Source of the DNA: Candidatus Pelagibacter sp. TMED106
Lineage (GTDB): Bacteria; Pseudomonadota; Alphaproteobacteria; Pelagibacterales; Pelagibacteraceae
DNA: 55,827 nt
Assembly (NCBI GenBank): GCA_002170275.2
Contig: NHFH02000012.1
Span: 1 to 55,827, forward strand
Direction: 5' to 3'
A model generated the notes under the pieces. The model worked only from the letters and a program-made list of their open reading frames with translations, did not search any database and was not told the DNA's origin. Positions 23,847 through 34,724 of the stretch are shown here, piece by piece; the stretch's first letter is position 1; each line of letters starts with the position of its first letter. The position numbers were made by a program, and so were the translations under genes.

Positions 23847-24516
23847 ATTTAAAGCACATATATTAGTGGTTGACGATGATGATGGTATTAGATCTCTAGT
23901 TAAACAATATCTAGTGGAAAAAAAATTTTTAGTAACAACTGCTAATAGTGCCGAAGATGCAGCAGAAAAAGTTTCAATAATTAAATTTGATTTAATTGTT
24001 TTGGATATAATGATGCCTGGTAAAAGTGGCTTAGAATTTACAAGGGATAATAAATCAAAAATAAATACACCAATTATTCTTCTTACTGCTAAAGGAAAAG
24101 CAAACGAAAGGGTTGAAGGTCTTGAAATCGGAGCTGATGATTATCTGCCTAAACCATTTGAGCCTAAAGAACTTACATTAAGAATAATGAATATTTTGAG
24201 TAAAACAAAAAAGAATAATCAAAAAAGAATTATTGAATTTGATAATATAAAAATAGATTTAAATAAATTAATAATACTTAAAAATAAAGAAGAATTTAAA
24301 ATAAACAATACAGAAAAAATTATATTAGAAAAAATGATAAATGAACCTGGAAAAACTTTTTCAAGAGAGAATATTGGAAATTTGATTGATTTAGACAAAG
24401 AAAGATCAATAGATGTTATTATAACTAGATTAAGAAAAAAAATAGAAATGAATCCAAAAAAACCAAAATATTTACAAACATTAAGGGGAGCTGGCTATGT
24501 TCTTTGGATTGAATAA
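23839..24516 (+). CDS. ompR: OmpR family response regulator (PetR/OmpR-like)
   Basis: LVVDDD, LDIMMPG, GADDYLPKPF and RSIDVIITRLRKKIE...RGAGY. Confidence 0.92.
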   Translation: MDKFKAHILVVDDDDGIRSLVKQYLVEKKFLVTTANSAEDAAEKVSIIKFDLIVLDIMMPGKSGLEFTRDNKSKINTPIILLTAKGKANERVEGLEIGADDYLPKPFEPKELTLRIMNILSKTKKNNQKRIIEFDNIKIDLNKLIILKNKEEFKINNTEKIILEKMINEPGKTFSRENIGNLIDLDKERSIDVIITRLRKKIEMNPKKPKYLQTLRGAGYVLWIE

Positions 24517-25822
24517 GTTTATCAAAAATTTATTACCTCGTAGATTATTTTATCGTGCTCTTCTAATAGTTGCGACCCCAATAATAATTTTACAACTTGT
24601 AATAACAATTGTTTTTTTTGATAGTCTTTGGATAAAAACCAACAAAGGAATGACACGAGCACTTGTTGGAGAAATAAAAACTTTCATTGAAGCATATGAT
24701 AATGAAAAGTATGATAACAAAAATTTATCAAATCTATTTACAATTTATTTAGATTTAAATGTAAAATATAAAGAAGATGAATTTTTTGAAAAAAAAATAA
24801 AAAAAAGATGGTACAGTCCTATTGACAGAACTTTAAGAAGGGAATTAAAATCTAGTATCGGTAGTGATCAATACTGGTTTAATACTGCTTCATATAAAGA
24901 TTTAATACATCTAAATATTAAATATAAGAATGGATATTTTGAATTTCTAATACCTAAAGACAGAGTCACAAGTACATCAGCAAGATTGTTCGCTCTTTGG
25001 ATAACCTTTCCGGCAATTCTACTTCTTTTCATTGCAATGATTTTTTTAAAAAACCAAACCAGGCCAATTACAAATCTTGCTGTAGCAGCAGAAAAATTTG
25101 GTAGAGGAGAAAATATTGATAATTTTAGACCAGCAGGCGCTTTAGAGATCAGGCAGGCCGGACATGAATTTGATAAAATGAGAAAAAGAATAATGAGACA
25201 TCTAAATCAAAGATCTGAAATGTTATCAGGTATTAGCCATGATTTAAGAACTCCTTTAACTAGAATGAAACTTCAATTAGCTTTTATAAAAGATAAAAAT
25301 ATCTCAGAACAAATTTCTTCTGATATAGATGAAATGGAAAAAATGCTTAATGAATATTTACAATTTACAAGTTCGAGTTATTTAGAGCAAAACGAGACTT
25401 TTAGTATTACTAAATTAATTCAAGAAATAATTGAAAAATATAAAAATAATAATATTTCTTCTGAATTAAAGCCAAATATTTACATGAAAGGTAGAAAGAA
25501 CCTTATTCAAAGAACTATTAATAATATTATCGATAATTCAATTAAATATGCTCAAAAAATACAAATACAACTTACAAATAATAATAATAATAATAATATT
25601 CTAATATTAATTGATGATGATGGTCCAGGAATCTCAGAATTAGAATACGAAAATGTTTTTAAACCTTTTTATAAAATAGACAAAGGTAGAGCTGACTCAA
25701 AATCAAGTGTTGGTCTTGGATTGTCTATTGCATCAGATATTATTAAATCTCATGGAGGAAATATATTTTTAGAAAAATCAAATTTAAATGGACTGAGAGT
25801 AAAAATTATTTTCCCTTCTTAA
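24497..25822 (+). CDS. envZ: Sensor histidine kinase, EnvZ-like
   Basis: Two TM segments, HAMP domain, ISHDLRTPLTR, DDDGPGI and GLGLSIA. Confidence 0.92.
   Translation: MFFGLNKFIKNLLPRRLFYRALLIVATPIIILQLVITIVFFDSLWIKTNKGMTRALVGEIKTFIEAYDNEKYDNKNLSNLFTIYLDLNVKYKEDEFFEKKIKKRWYSPIDRTLRRELKSSIGSDQYWFNTASYKDLIHLNIKYKNGYFEFLIPKDRVTSTSARLFALWITFPAILLLFIAMIFLKNQTRPITNLAVAAEKFGRGENIDNFRPAGALEIRQAGHEFDKMRKRIMRHLNQRSEMLSGISHDLRTPLTRMKLQLAFIKDKNISEQISSDIDEMEKMLNEYLQFTSSSYLEQNETFSITKLIQEIIEKYKNNNISSELKPNIYMKGRKNLIQRTINNIIDNSIKYAQKIQIQLTNNNNNNNILILIDDDGPGISELEYENVFKPFYKIDKGRADSKSSVGLGLSIASDIIKSHGGNIFLEKSNLNGLRVKIIFPS
25577..25597 (+). repeat. (AAT)7 trinucleotide microsatellite encoding Asn7 inside the kinase ATPase domain
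   Basis: Seven consecutive in-frame AAT codons. Confidence 0.85.
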
Positions 25823-26054
25823 ATTTTTTTCTAACTCCTTTTTTCTCAAATTTTTTAATTTCCTTTTCAAGATTTTCGACCCTTTTAGTTAAAATATCTA
25901 ATTCTTCCTTACTTACTAATTTCATTTTAAAAACAATTTCATCTCTTTTGGATCTTAAGATATTGAAAATTTCAGAATTTAAGTCTTTATAAGAAATAAG
26001 TCCTTGTTCAAATAATTTTGCCAATTTATCAATTACAAATTTGGATTTTGTCAT
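25806..26054 (-). CDS. ubiK: Accessory factor UbiK/BMFP family protein
   Basis: MKLVSKEELDIL followed by a coiled coil (LVxREEFD-like); divergent from lgt as in other alphaproteobacteria. Confidence 0.7.
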   Translation of the reverse strand: MTKSKFVIDKLAKLFEQGLISYKDLNSEIFNILRSKRDEIVFKMKLVSKEELDILTKRVENLEKEIKKFEKKGVRKKFKKGK

Positions 26055-26100
26055 ATATTCATTTATAAATTTAATATACTTTATAAGTATTTTTTTAAAA

Positions 26101-26865
26101 ATGTTTACTAATAACTTTGACCCAGTAGCTTTTCAAATTTTTTCAATTGAAATTAGATGGTATTCATTGGCTTATATATTGGGAATATTGTTAGGTTGGT
26201 TTTATTGCAAAAAAATCCTTATAAAAGAAAAAACTTTATTGGACCTATTTGATGATTTTATAAGTTACATTATTATTGGTATCATTATTGGTGGAAGGCT
26301 AGGTTATATAATTTTTTATAATTTTAATTACTACTTAGAAAATCCTTTAGAAATAATTGCTTTATGGAACGGAGGAATGTCATTTCATGGAGGTGTAATA
26401 GGAATCATTATTGCTACATCAATTTTTTCAAAAAAAAATAAACTAGATAAATTTATTTTTTTAGATTTTGTAGCCTTAGCATCACCGATTGGAATTTTTT
26501 TTGGTAGGCTTGCTAACTTCATAAACTCTGAACTTTATGGTAGGCCAACAGAAGTGGCTTGGTCAGTAAAATTTAAGATAGTTGACAATATCAAAAGACA
26601 TCCTTCTCAATTATATGAAGCTTTTTTTGAGGGTATAATCTTATTCCTTATTCTTAATTATTTTTACAAAAAAAATTATTTAAAAAAACCTGGATTAATA
26701 TCTGGTTTATTTCTAATTTTTTATTCCTTATTCAGATTTGGTGTAGAATTTTTTAGAGTTCCTGATCCACAAATAGGTTACATGGCAATGAATTTAACAA
26801 TGGGTCAACTTATAAGTCTTATTTTTTTATTAATTGGTGGAGCTCTGTTTTTTTATAAAAAATGA
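26101..26865 (+). CDS. lgt: Prolipoprotein diacylglyceryl transferase
   Basis: DPVAF...IRWYSLAY, GGRLGY, GGMSFHGG, GRLANFINSELYGR and HPSQLYEA. ATG 26101 preferred to TTG 26041, which overlaps ubiK. Confidence 0.97.
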   Translation: MFTNNFDPVAFQIFSIEIRWYSLAYILGILLGWFYCKKILIKEKTLLDLFDDFISYIIIGIIIGGRLGYIIFYNFNYYLENPLEIIALWNGGMSFHGGVIGIIIATSIFSKKNKLDKFIFLDFVALASPIGIFFGRLANFINSELYGRPTEVAWSVKFKIVDNIKRHPSQLYEAFFEGIILFLILNYFYKKNYLKKPGLISGLFLIFYSLFRFGVEFFRVPDPQIGYMAMNLTMGQLISLIFLLIGGALFFYKK

Positions 26866-27917
26866 AAACTAAAAAAAAAAATTTATTAACAGTTGATGAA
26901 TATATTGAGGAAGCTCTTTACAATAAAAAATTTGGATATTATATGACTAAAAATCCTTTTGGTAAAAAAGGTGACTTTATAACTGCACCAAATATTTCTA
27001 TACTATTTTCTGAAATGATCGCGATATGGATAATTTCTTTTTGGGAAAATTTAGATTGTCCAAAAAAATTCAACTTAGTTGAGTTAGGTGCGGGAGATGG
27101 TGAAATGATGAAAATTTTAATAAAAACTTTTGATAGATTTCCGATTTTTAAAAAGGCATGTAATATAAATATTCTTGAAAAAAGTAATTTTCTTAAAAAA
27201 AAACAAAAAAAAAATATCATAAATAAAAATACAAAATGGTTAAAAAATATCGAAGATTTAAATAATTTACCTTGTATATTTATCGCTAATGAATTTTTTG
27301 ATGCTTTACCTATTAAACAATTTATTAAAAAAGAAAATAAATGGTATGAAAGAAATGTAAAATTTTCAAAAAAAAAGAAACCTAAATTTATTGATTTATT
27401 ATTCGATATGAAAAAATTTGAAAGAAAAATTCATTTTAAGATATCTCACAAACAAAAATTTATAGAATTTGCTCCGTTATATTTAAAATATCTAAAAATC
27501 ATTGGTAAAAAAATTACCTTAAATAATGGTGGAATTTTAATCATCGATTATGGATATCTTGATAAAGAATTAAAAAATACACTTCAAGCGATATCAAATC
27601 ATAAATATAGCGACATATTAGATAACTTTGGGAAATCAGATATTACACATAATGTAAATTTTTATTTAATCAACCAAATGATAAGAAAATTTGGTTCATT
27701 TAATATAACAGTTACTAACCAAAAAAAATTTTTAACAAAACTTGGAATACTTGAAAGAGCAGAAATATTAACAAAAAACACTTCATTTATTAAAAAAGCT
27801 GATATTTATTTTAGAATAAAACGTTTAATAGATAAAAGCTCCATGGGAGAATTGTTCAAAGTAATGTTAATTACAAATAATAAAAATAACTTTCGATTAG
27901 GATTTGAAATTGATTAA
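26862..27917 (+). CDS. SAM-dependent methyltransferase, MidA/NDUFAF7 family
   Basis: GYY...FGKKGDFITAP, VELGAGDG, ANEFFDALP, IDYG and MGELFKV. Confidence 0.92.
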   Translation: MKTKKKNLLTVDEYIEEALYNKKFGYYMTKNPFGKKGDFITAPNISILFSEMIAIWIISFWENLDCPKKFNLVELGAGDGEMMKILIKTFDRFPIFKKACNINILEKSNFLKKKQKKNIINKNTKWLKNIEDLNNLPCIFIANEFFDALPIKQFIKKENKWYERNVKFSKKKKPKFIDLLFDMKKFERKIHFKISHKQKFIEFAPLYLKYLKIIGKKITLNNGGILIIDYGYLDKELKNTLQAISNHKYSDILDNFGKSDITHNVNFYLINQMIRKFGSFNITVTNQKKFLTKLGILERAEILTKNTSFIKKADIYFRIKRLIDKSSMGELFKVMLITNNKNNFRLGFEID

Positions 27918-28668
27918 GTCAAAAAAATTATCAGAGTATAAAAGTATTAAACACGGTTTCTTTAATAAACAAGGGGGAAATTCTAAAGGTATTTATAAAA
28001 GTTTAAATTGTGGTCAAGGATCCTTAGATAAAAGATCAACGGTTAAAAAAAATTTGAATATAGTGCTTAAAAAGATTAAATGTAAAAATGATAAAATTAT
28101 TTTGCTAAATCAAATACATAGCTCAAAATTTTATTTTTTAGAAAAAAAAAATATATCAAATAAAAAGTTCACTGGAGATGCAATTATTACAGATTTAAAA
28201 AATACTCCAATTGGTGTTTTAACTGCGGATTGTGCTCCAATACTAATTTATGACTCAAATAAACCATTTATTTCAGCAATCCATGCTGGCTGGAAAGGTG
28301 CCTATAAAGATATTGTCAAAAAAGTAATAAAATTTATGTTTAAAAAAGGTTGCACACCAAACACTATGACTGCTGTAATTGGGCCATGTATCTCAATTAA
28401 AAATTATGAAGTTAAAAATGATTTTGTAAAAAAATTTATAAAGAAAGATAAAAAAAATAAAGTTTTTTTTAGAAAAAACAAAAATAAAACTTATTTTAGC
28501 CTTAATAAATTCATTTATAATCAAATAAAAGGTCTAAATATTAAAAGAATAGATATAATCAAAAAGGATACATTCGATATAAAAAACAATTTTTTTAGTT
28601 CAAGAAGATCTTTAAAAAAGAATGAAAATGATTATGGTAGAAATATCTCAATAATTATGATTAATTAA
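27904..28668 (+). CDS. pgeF: Peptidoglycan editing factor PgeF / YfiH (TTG start)
   Basis: HGFF, NQIHS, TADCAP, HAGWKG, IGPCI and FFSSRR. Confidence 0.93.
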   Translation: MKLIKSKKLSEYKSIKHGFFNKQGGNSKGIYKSLNCGQGSLDKRSTVKKNLNIVLKKIKCKNDKIILLNQIHSSKFYFLEKKNISNKKFTGDAIITDLKNTPIGVLTADCAPILIYDSNKPFISAIHAGWKGAYKDIVKKVIKFMFKKGCTPNTMTAVIGPCISIKNYEVKNDFVKKFIKKDKKNKVFFRKNKNKTYFSLNKFIYNQIKGLNIKRIDIIKKDTFDIKNNFFSSRRSLKKNENDYGRNISIIMIN

Positions 28669-28676
28669 TAAACTCA

Positions 28677-29609
28677 ATGAAATTACTATCAGGAAATAGC
28701 AACAAAACTTTAAGTAAAAAAATTGCAAAGTACCTTAAGTCAAAACTTGTAAATTCTAGTATAAGAAAATTTTCAGATGGGGAAATTTATACTGAAATTA
28801 ATGAAAATATAAGAGGTAATAGTATTTTCATAATTCAATCTATCTCTTCTCCTGCAAATGATAATTTAATGGAATTATTGCTTTGTATAGATGCACTAAA
28901 AAGATCTTCAGCAAAAAATATTACTGCTGTTATTCCTTATTTTGGATACGCCAGACAAGATAGAAAAGTAGTACCAAGAACCTCTATATCAGCTAAACTT
29001 GTTTCAAATTTAATTACTAAAGCAGGTGCAGATAGAGTAGTTACTGTTGATCTTCACGCAGGACAAATTCAGGGCTTTTTTGATATTCCAGTAGATAATT
29101 TATTTGCTACGCCTATTTTTGCTAGACATGCAAAAAAAAATATTAAAAGTAAAAATATTTTATGTGTAGCACCTGATGTAGGTGGTACAGAAAGGGCTAG
29201 AGCCTTAGGTAAACTATTAAATGTTGGTTTGGCAATAGTTGATAAAAGAAGACCAAAGCCTGGTCAGTCACAAGTAATGAATATAATAGGTAATGTAAAA
29301 GATAAAACTTGTATTATAGTAGATGATATCATTGACTCAGGTGGAACAATCGTAAACGCAGCAAAAGCTTTAAAAAATAGAGGTGCTAAAGAAGTATATG
29401 TTTATATTACCCATGGAGTTTTGAGTGGATCGGCTGTAGAAAAGATTAAAAAGTCAGTTATAAAAAATCTAGTAATTACTGATACGATTGAGAACCATGA
29501 AAAAATTAAAAGTGCTAAAAATATTGAAGTTCTGCCAATATCAAGCTTAATGGGTGAAGCAATTAAAAGAATATCTAATTCAACATCAGTATCTGATCTA
29601 TTTAAATAA
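28677..29609 (+). CDS. prs: Ribose-phosphate pyrophosphokinase
   Basis: [27 protein letters not shown] and [10 protein letters not shown]. Confidence 0.98.
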   Translation: MKLLSGNSNKTLSKKIAKYLKSKLVNSSIRKFSDGEIYTEINENIRGNSIFIIQSISSPANDNLMELLLCIDALKRSSAKNITAVIPYFGYARQDRKVVPRTSISAKLVSNLITKAGADRVVTVDLHAGQIQGFFDIPVDNLFATPIFARHAKKNIKSKNILCVAPDVGGTERARALGKLLNVGLAIVDKRRPKPGQSQVMNIIGNVKDKTCIIVDDIIDSGGTIVNAAKALKNRGAKEVYVYITHGVLSGSAVEKIKKSVIKNLVITDTIENHEKIKSAKNIEVLPISSLMGEAIKRISNSTSVSDLFK

Positions 29610-29614
29610 TTATC

Positions 29615-29643
29615 TTGAGTTATTTTAAAACATAAGCTAAAAA
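29615..29643 (+). promoter_or_regulatory. Putative sigma70 promoter of rplY
   Basis: TTGAGT (29615-20), 17-nt spacer, (GC)TAAAAA (29638-43); alphaproteobacterial-type -10 lacking the last T. Confidence 0.35.
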
Positions 29644-29653
29644 CCTTATTTTT

Positions 29654-30415
29654 ATGAATTCACTCGACGCTAGTTCTAGAAATACTAAATCTAAAGGAGA
29701 TATTAGATCTCTCAGGTCCAACGGTAATGTTCCAGCAATTATTTATGGAGGTAGTGAACAAAATGAAAAGGTTTCTGTTTCAAAAAAGATACTTAAATCT
29801 CTTTTAGAAAAAGAAAATTTTTTATCAAATATTATAACTCTTAATATTGATGGAAAGTCTCAAAATGTTCTACCTAGAGAAATAAAATATAACGTTATTA
29901 GCGATGAACCTATCCATGTTGATTTTCAAAGGGTTGTTACTGGAGCAAAAATCAAAATAGATGTGCCAGTAGTATTTATTAATCATGAAAAATCACCTGG
30001 CTTAAAAAGAGGTGGAGTTCTGAATATAGTAAGAAGAAAAATAGAATTAAAATGTCCGAGTGAAAAAATTCCTGAAAGTATAGTTATCGACCTTGATGGC
30101 ATTGATATTGGTGAAAGTTTTAAAATATCATCAGTTAAATTAGAAGAAAATGTGACGCCAACAATTCAAGGAAGAGATTTTGTAATTGCTACCTTAGCAG
30201 CTCCTACAGTTATGAAAGAGCCAGAAAAACCTGCTGAAACTGCAGAAGGAGAAGCTGCAGAGGCTTCCGCTGAAGGAGAAGATGGATCAACAGCACCAGT
30301 TTCTGCTGATGGTGATAAAAAAGAAGGTGAAGATAAAAAAGCTCCAGCAGACAAAAAAGCTCCAACAGATAAAAAAGCTCCAACAGATAAAAAAGCTCCT
30401 GCAGATAAAAAATAA
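29654..30415 (+). CDS. rplY: 50S ribosomal protein bL25 / general stress protein Ctc
   Basis: VPAIIYGG, HVDFQR and SPGLKRGGVLN; acidic low-complexity tail; prs-rplY-pth-ychF synteny. Confidence 0.97.
   Translation: MNSLDASSRNTKSKGDIRSLRSNGNVPAIIYGGSEQNEKVSVSKKILKSLLEKENFLSNIITLNIDGKSQNVLPREIKYNVISDEPIHVDFQRVVTGAKIKIDVPVVFINHEKSPGLKRGGVLNIVRRKIELKCPSEKIPESIVIDLDGIDIGESFKISSVKLEENVTPTIQGRDFVIATLAAPTVMKEPEKPAETAEGEAAEASAEGEDGSTAPVSADGDKKEGEDKKAPADKKAPTDKKAPTDKKAPADKK
30332..30412 (+). repeat. 18-bp tandem repeat, about 4.5 copies, encoding (DKKAP[A/T])n at the bL25 C-terminus
   Basis: gataaaaaagctccagca / gacaaaaaagctccaaca / gataaaaaagctccaaca / gataaaaaagctcctgca / gataaaaaa. Confidence 0.9.
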
Positions 30416-30457
30416 TCTAATTATAGTGAAATTTCCCAGTTTTGATTTAAAAAATTT

Positions 30458-31018
30458 ATGCTTTTATTCGTAGGCTTAGGCAATCCAACTCCAGATAGTG
30501 AAAATAATAGACACAACATTGGTTTTAAAATGATTGATGCAATTAATATAAAATTTGGACTTTCAAAACAAAAACCTAAATTTAAAGGATTGTTAACTAC
30601 TGGAATTATTAATAAAAAAAAAGTCTATGCTATAAAACCATTAACTTTCATGAATAATTCTGGAATATGCATTCGTGAATTAATAGAATATTTTAAAATA
30701 GATGTTGAAGATATTATTGTTTTTCATGATGATTTAGATATTGATTTTGGAAAAATAAAAGCAAAATTTGGAGGATCTAGTGCTGGTCATAATGGAATAG
30801 AGTCAATTGATAAATTTATAGGAAAAGATTATTCAAGAGTCAGAATTGGAATAGGAAAGCCTAAAGTAAAAACAGAGGTTAGTGATCATGTTCTAAATAA
30901 TTTTGATAAAGATGAAATGTTAGAGTTGGAAAAAATTACAAATAATATTACCAATTCAATATCAATTCTAATCGATAAAAAATTAGATCTTTTTTCAAGT
31001 ACAGTGAATAATAAATAG
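30458..31018 (+). CDS. pth: Peptidyl-tRNA hydrolase
   Basis: GLGNP, RHNIGF, KPLTFMN, HDDLD, GHNG and RVRIGIG. Confidence 0.98.
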   Translation: MLLFVGLGNPTPDSENNRHNIGFKMIDAINIKFGLSKQKPKFKGLLTTGIINKKKVYAIKPLTFMNNSGICIRELIEYFKIDVEDIIVFHDDLDIDFGKIKAKFGGSSAGHNGIESIDKFIGKDYSRVRIGIGKPKVKTEVSDHVLNNFDKDEMLELEKITNNITNSISILIDKKLDLFSSTVNNK

Positions 31019-32092
31019 ATGAGCTTTAAGTGTGGTATAGTTGGTTTGCCTAACGTCGGTAAATCTACATTATTTAATGCTCTTACAAATTCAAGTAAAG
31101 CTCAAGCTGCTAATTTTCCATTTTGTACAATTGATCCAAATATTGGTGTAGTTCCTGTTCCAGATGAAAGACTAGATCAACTATCTAAAGTATCAACGTC
31201 AAAAAAAAAAATAAATACCACAATATCATTTGTTGATATAGCTGGTCTTGTAAAAGGAGCTTCAAAAGGAGAGGGTTTAGGAAATAAATTTTTATCACAT
31301 ATCAGAGAAGTAGATGCGATAGTTCACATGATTAGATGTTTTGACTCTGATGATATCCAAAATGTAAACCCAACAGTAGACCCTATTAGAGATTTAGAGA
31401 TAATTGAGACAGAAATGATGTTGGCAGATTTAGACTCTCTTCAGAAGAGATTGGAAAAGAATAATAAAAAAAATATTGATGAGGATCAATTAAAAGTTTT
31501 AGAAGTGGCTTTAGACTGTATAAATAATAATAAGAATATAGAGATTCTCCATGATGAATTTGAAAAAAAACTATTAAATCAAAGTGGTCTTCTTTCCCTA
31601 AAAAAAAAAATTTTTGTTTGTAATGTTGATGAAGGAAGTATTGAAAATGGAAATAAATATACCGATACATTTATAAAAAAATACGGGAAAAATAATACCT
31701 TGATCGTTTCCGCTGATATTGAAAATCAAATTAATCAATTAGAAAATAAAGAAAAAGAAAATTATATGCAGATGATTGGGCTTAAAAAAACTGGGTTAGA
31801 TATGTTAATACAAAAAGGTTATAAAGTATTAGAGTTAAATACCTTCTTTACTTCAGGCCCAGAAGAAACAAGAGCTTGGACAATACAGAAGAATTGTAAG
31901 GCTCCAAAAGCAGCAGCTGAAATACATACTGATTTTGAAAAAGGTTTTATAAAAGCAGAAACTGTCTCATATGATGATTTTATTTTTAGTCAAGGTTGGG
32001 TAAATTCAAAAGCTAATGGTAAAATGAGACTTGAAGGAAAAGATTATATTGTCAAAGATGGAGATGTATTAAACTTCAGATTCAATACGTGA
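31019..32092 (+). CDS. ychF: Redox-regulated ATPase YchF
   Basis: [45 protein letters not shown] and [11 protein letters not shown]. Confidence 0.98.
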   Translation: MSFKCGIVGLPNVGKSTLFNALTNSSKAQAANFPFCTIDPNIGVVPVPDERLDQLSKVSTSKKKINTTISFVDIAGLVKGASKGEGLGNKFLSHIREVDAIVHMIRCFDSDDIQNVNPTVDPIRDLEIIETEMMLADLDSLQKRLEKNNKKNIDEDQLKVLEVALDCINNNKNIEILHDEFEKKLLNQSGLLSLKKKIFVCNVDEGSIENGNKYTDTFIKKYGKNNTLIVSADIENQINQLENKEKENYMQMIGLKKTGLDMLIQKGYKVLELNTFFTSGPEETRAWTIQKNCKAPKAAAEIHTDFEKGFIKAETVSYDDFIFSQGWVNSKANGKMRLEGKDYIVKDGDVLNFRFNT

Positions 32093-32848
32093 CCAAATCT
32101 TCTTCATACTAAAATAAACTAAAACAGTTAAAATAATTAAATACAAAATTGCTTTGAATCCCATTTTGTGCCTAGCTTCTAAATGAGGTTCTGCGGCCCA
32201 CATCAGAAAAGTTGTTACATCTTTTGCCATCTGTTCCTCAGTGGCTTCTGTGCCATCAATATATTCAACTAAACCATCGGATAATGGTTGGGCCATTTTT
32301 ATATTATTTCCATACATATATTTATTATAGTAAACTCCTTCATCTAATGTTACTCCACTAGGAGGATCTTCATAACCTAGAAGCACAGAATAAATATAAT
32401 CTACTCCACCACTCCTAGCTTTTGCTAAAACTGACATATCAGGTGGATAAGCTCCACCATTCGCTGCTTGTGCTTCTTTATCATTTGCATAAGGCATTAA
32501 AAATTTATCTGATAATTTTGCTGGTCTTTCAAACATTTCACCATCATCATTTGGTCCATCAGTAATTTCAAAGCTTGCTGCAATAGCTTTGGCTTGTTCT
32601 AATGAAAATTCTGGACCACCTTTTTCTGATAAGTTTCTATAACTCAAATATTTCATTGAATGACATGAGGCACAAACCTCGGTGTATACTTGATAACCTC
32701 TTTGCAGTGAGGCTCTATCAAACTTGCCAAATAAACCTTTAAAGCTCCAGTCAGTTTTCAAAAGTTCTACTTTTTCTGCTGCATTAACTTGGAAGCATCC
32801 TATTGACAGAAAAATAAATAAATAGTTTATTCTAAAAATTCTTTTCAC
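32069..32848 (-). CDS. petC: Cytochrome c1 (GTG start)
   Basis: QRGYQVYTEVCASCH heme-binding motif, PPDMS and C-terminal membrane anchor. Confidence 0.97.
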   Translation of the reverse strand: MKRIFRINYLFIFLSIGCFQVNAAEKVELLKTDWSFKGLFGKFDRASLQRGYQVYTEVCASCHSMKYLSYRNLSEKGGPEFSLEQAKAIAASFEITDGPNDDGEMFERPAKLSDKFLMPYANDKEAQAANGGAYPPDMSVLAKARSGGVDYIYSVLLGYEDPPSGVTLDEGVYYNKYMYGNNIKMAQPLSDGLVEYIDGTEATEEQMAKDVTTFLMWAAEPHLEARHKMGFKAILYLIILTVLVYFSMKKIWSRIESEV

Positions 32849-32852
32849 AATA

Positions 32853-34112
32853 CTAATTGATACTTTCTTTTTTTTTAACAGTAGAAGGATTAGGAAAACC
32901 GCCTAACACTGGTTCAGTTATACTTAAAGGTACTGGAATGGTTTTTTCTTTATAACCTAAAACTGGAAGAATAATTAAAAAATGTATAAAATAATATGCA
33001 GTAGCAACTCTAGCCACTAAGAGATATAATCCTTCGGCTGGCATAGCTCCTACATATCCAAGTATCAATACATCAGCGACTATTATCCAGTAAAACTGTT
33101 TGTACAGTGGTCGAAATACAGCAGATCTAATTTTTGAAGTATCAAGCCAAGGAAGAGCAGCTAAAATAAAAATAGCTGATAACATTGCAATTACTCCTAA
33201 CAGTTTATCAGGAACAGATCTTAATATTGCATAGAAAGGAAGCAAGTACCATTCTGGAACAATATGAGCTGGGGTAACCATAGGATTTGCTTCAATATAA
33301 TTATCAGCATGACCTAAAATATTTGGTGAATAAAATACAAAAAAAGCAAAAACAATCATAAACATTAATAGAGCAAATCCGTCTTTAATAACAATATAAG
33401 GATGGAATGGAACAGTGTCTTTAGAAGGTTTCTTGATATCAATTCCAACTGGATTATTGTTTCCAGGTACATGTAATGCCCAAATATGTAAAACCACTAA
33501 GCCTAAAATTAAAAAAGGTATTAAATAATGTAATGTAAAAAATCTTGTTAATGTTGGATTATCTACAGAATAACCACCCCATAACCAATTAACTATTCCT
33601 TCTCCCACAAAAGGTATTGCGCTAAATAAATTTGTAATAACTGTTGCTCCCCAAAAACTCATTTGACCCCAAGGAAGCACATAACCCATAAATGCAGCAG
33701 CCATCATTAAAAGATAGATTATAATTCCTATAATCCAAATTATTTCTCTTGGTGACTTATAAGATCCATAAAATAAAGATCTAAATATATGAATATAAAC
33801 TGCTAAAAAAAACATTGATGCTCCATTTGAATGTATATACCTAATTAGCCATCCATAGTTCACATCTCTCATTATATGTTCCACACTCTCGAATGCTAAA
33901 TCTGCGTGAGCAATGTAATGCATTGCTAAAGTTAAACCAGTAACAATTTGAGTTATTAAACAAAAAGTTAATATTCCTCCGAACGTCCACCAATAATTTA
34001 AATTTTTGGGAGTTGGATAATCGGTCAAATGACTGGCAAGTGATAGAAGAGGTAATCTATCGTTAAACCATTTTCCAAATTTTGATTTAGGAACATATTC
34101 GTGATCACTCAT
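32853..34112 (-). CDS. petB: Cytochrome b
   Basis: [33 protein letters not shown] and PEWY. Confidence 0.99.
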   Translation of the reverse strand: MSDHEYVPKSKFGKWFNDRLPLLSLASHLTDYPTPKNLNYWWTFGGILTFCLITQIVTGLTLAMHYIAHADLAFESVEHIMRDVNYGWLIRYIHSNGASMFFLAVYIHIFRSLFYGSYKSPREIIWIIGIIIYLLMMAAAFMGYVLPWGQMSFWGATVITNLFSAIPFVGEGIVNWLWGGYSVDNPTLTRFFTLHYLIPFLILGLVVLHIWALHVPGNNNPVGIDIKKPSKDTVPFHPYIVIKDGFALLMFMIVFAFFVFYSPNILGHADNYIEANPMVTPAHIVPEWYLLPFYAILRSVPDKLLGVIAMLSAIFILAALPWLDTSKIRSAVFRPLYKQFYWIIVADVLILGYVGAMPAEGLYLLVARVATAYYFIHFLIILPVLGYKEKTIPVPLSITEPVLGGFPNPSTVKKKESIN

Positions 34113-34125
34113 AATCTTTTATAAT

Positions 34126-34635
34126 TTATCCAATTTTTATTGTGTTAGAGTTTACAAATTCATATCTAGGAACTTCCATGTTAGTCGGTGCAGGACCTTT
34201 TCTTATTCTACCAGATGTATCATAATGTGATCCGTGACATGGACAAAACCATCCATTATAATCTCCCTTATCATTAAGAGGTACGCACCCTAAGTGAGTA
34301 CATACTCCTAACATAACTAACCACTCAGGATTTTTTGCTCTTTCCTCATCAGTTTCAGGATGTTTTAATTCTTCTAACTTGACTGCTCTCGCTTCATCTA
34401 TTTCTTCTTGAGTTCTTCTTTTAATGAAAACTGGCTTACCTCTCCAAAGAACAGTAATACTTTTACCAGGTTCAACTGAGCTTATGTCAACCTCAGTACT
34501 AGCTAATGCTTTAACAGAGGCATCTGGGTTCATTTGATCAACTAATGGCCAAATGACAGCTCCTACTCCTACAGCACCTACAGCATATGAAGCTGTGAAT
34601 AAAAAATCTCTTCTTTCGACTTTTTTTTCTGACAT
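34126..34635 (-). CDS. petA: Ubiquinol-cytochrome c reductase Rieske iron-sulfur subunit
   Basis: Tat motif ERRDFL; CTHLGC and CPCHGS boxes. Confidence 0.99.
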   Translation of the reverse strand: MSEKKVERRDFLFTASYAVGAVGVGAVIWPLVDQMNPDASVKALASTEVDISSVEPGKSITVLWRGKPVFIKRRTQEEIDEARAVKLEELKHPETDEERAKNPEWLVMLGVCTHLGCVPLNDKGDYNGWFCPCHGSHYDTSGRIRKGPAPTNMEVPRYEFVNSNTIKIG

Positions 34636-34724
34636 ATTTAATTATTTTTTATTTATTCCTATCTAATATATGATTTCATATAATAAAAAAGATTTTTTTC
34701 TACTGTAACAATGACACACAAACC

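Noticed and set aside
26041-26100. Long N-terminal extensions given by the ORF track for lgt (also folB 19593, uvrC 20008, mutY 45058)
   Set aside because: They rely on upstream alternative starts overlapping neighbouring genes; downstream ATGs match the family N-termini.
30332-30412. CRISPR-like repeats
   Set aside because: Contiguous in-frame units with no spacers and no cas genes.
30282-30473. Alternative-frame ORF with KKLQQI repeats overlapping rplY and pth
   Set aside because: Simply the 18-bp rplY repeat read in another frame.
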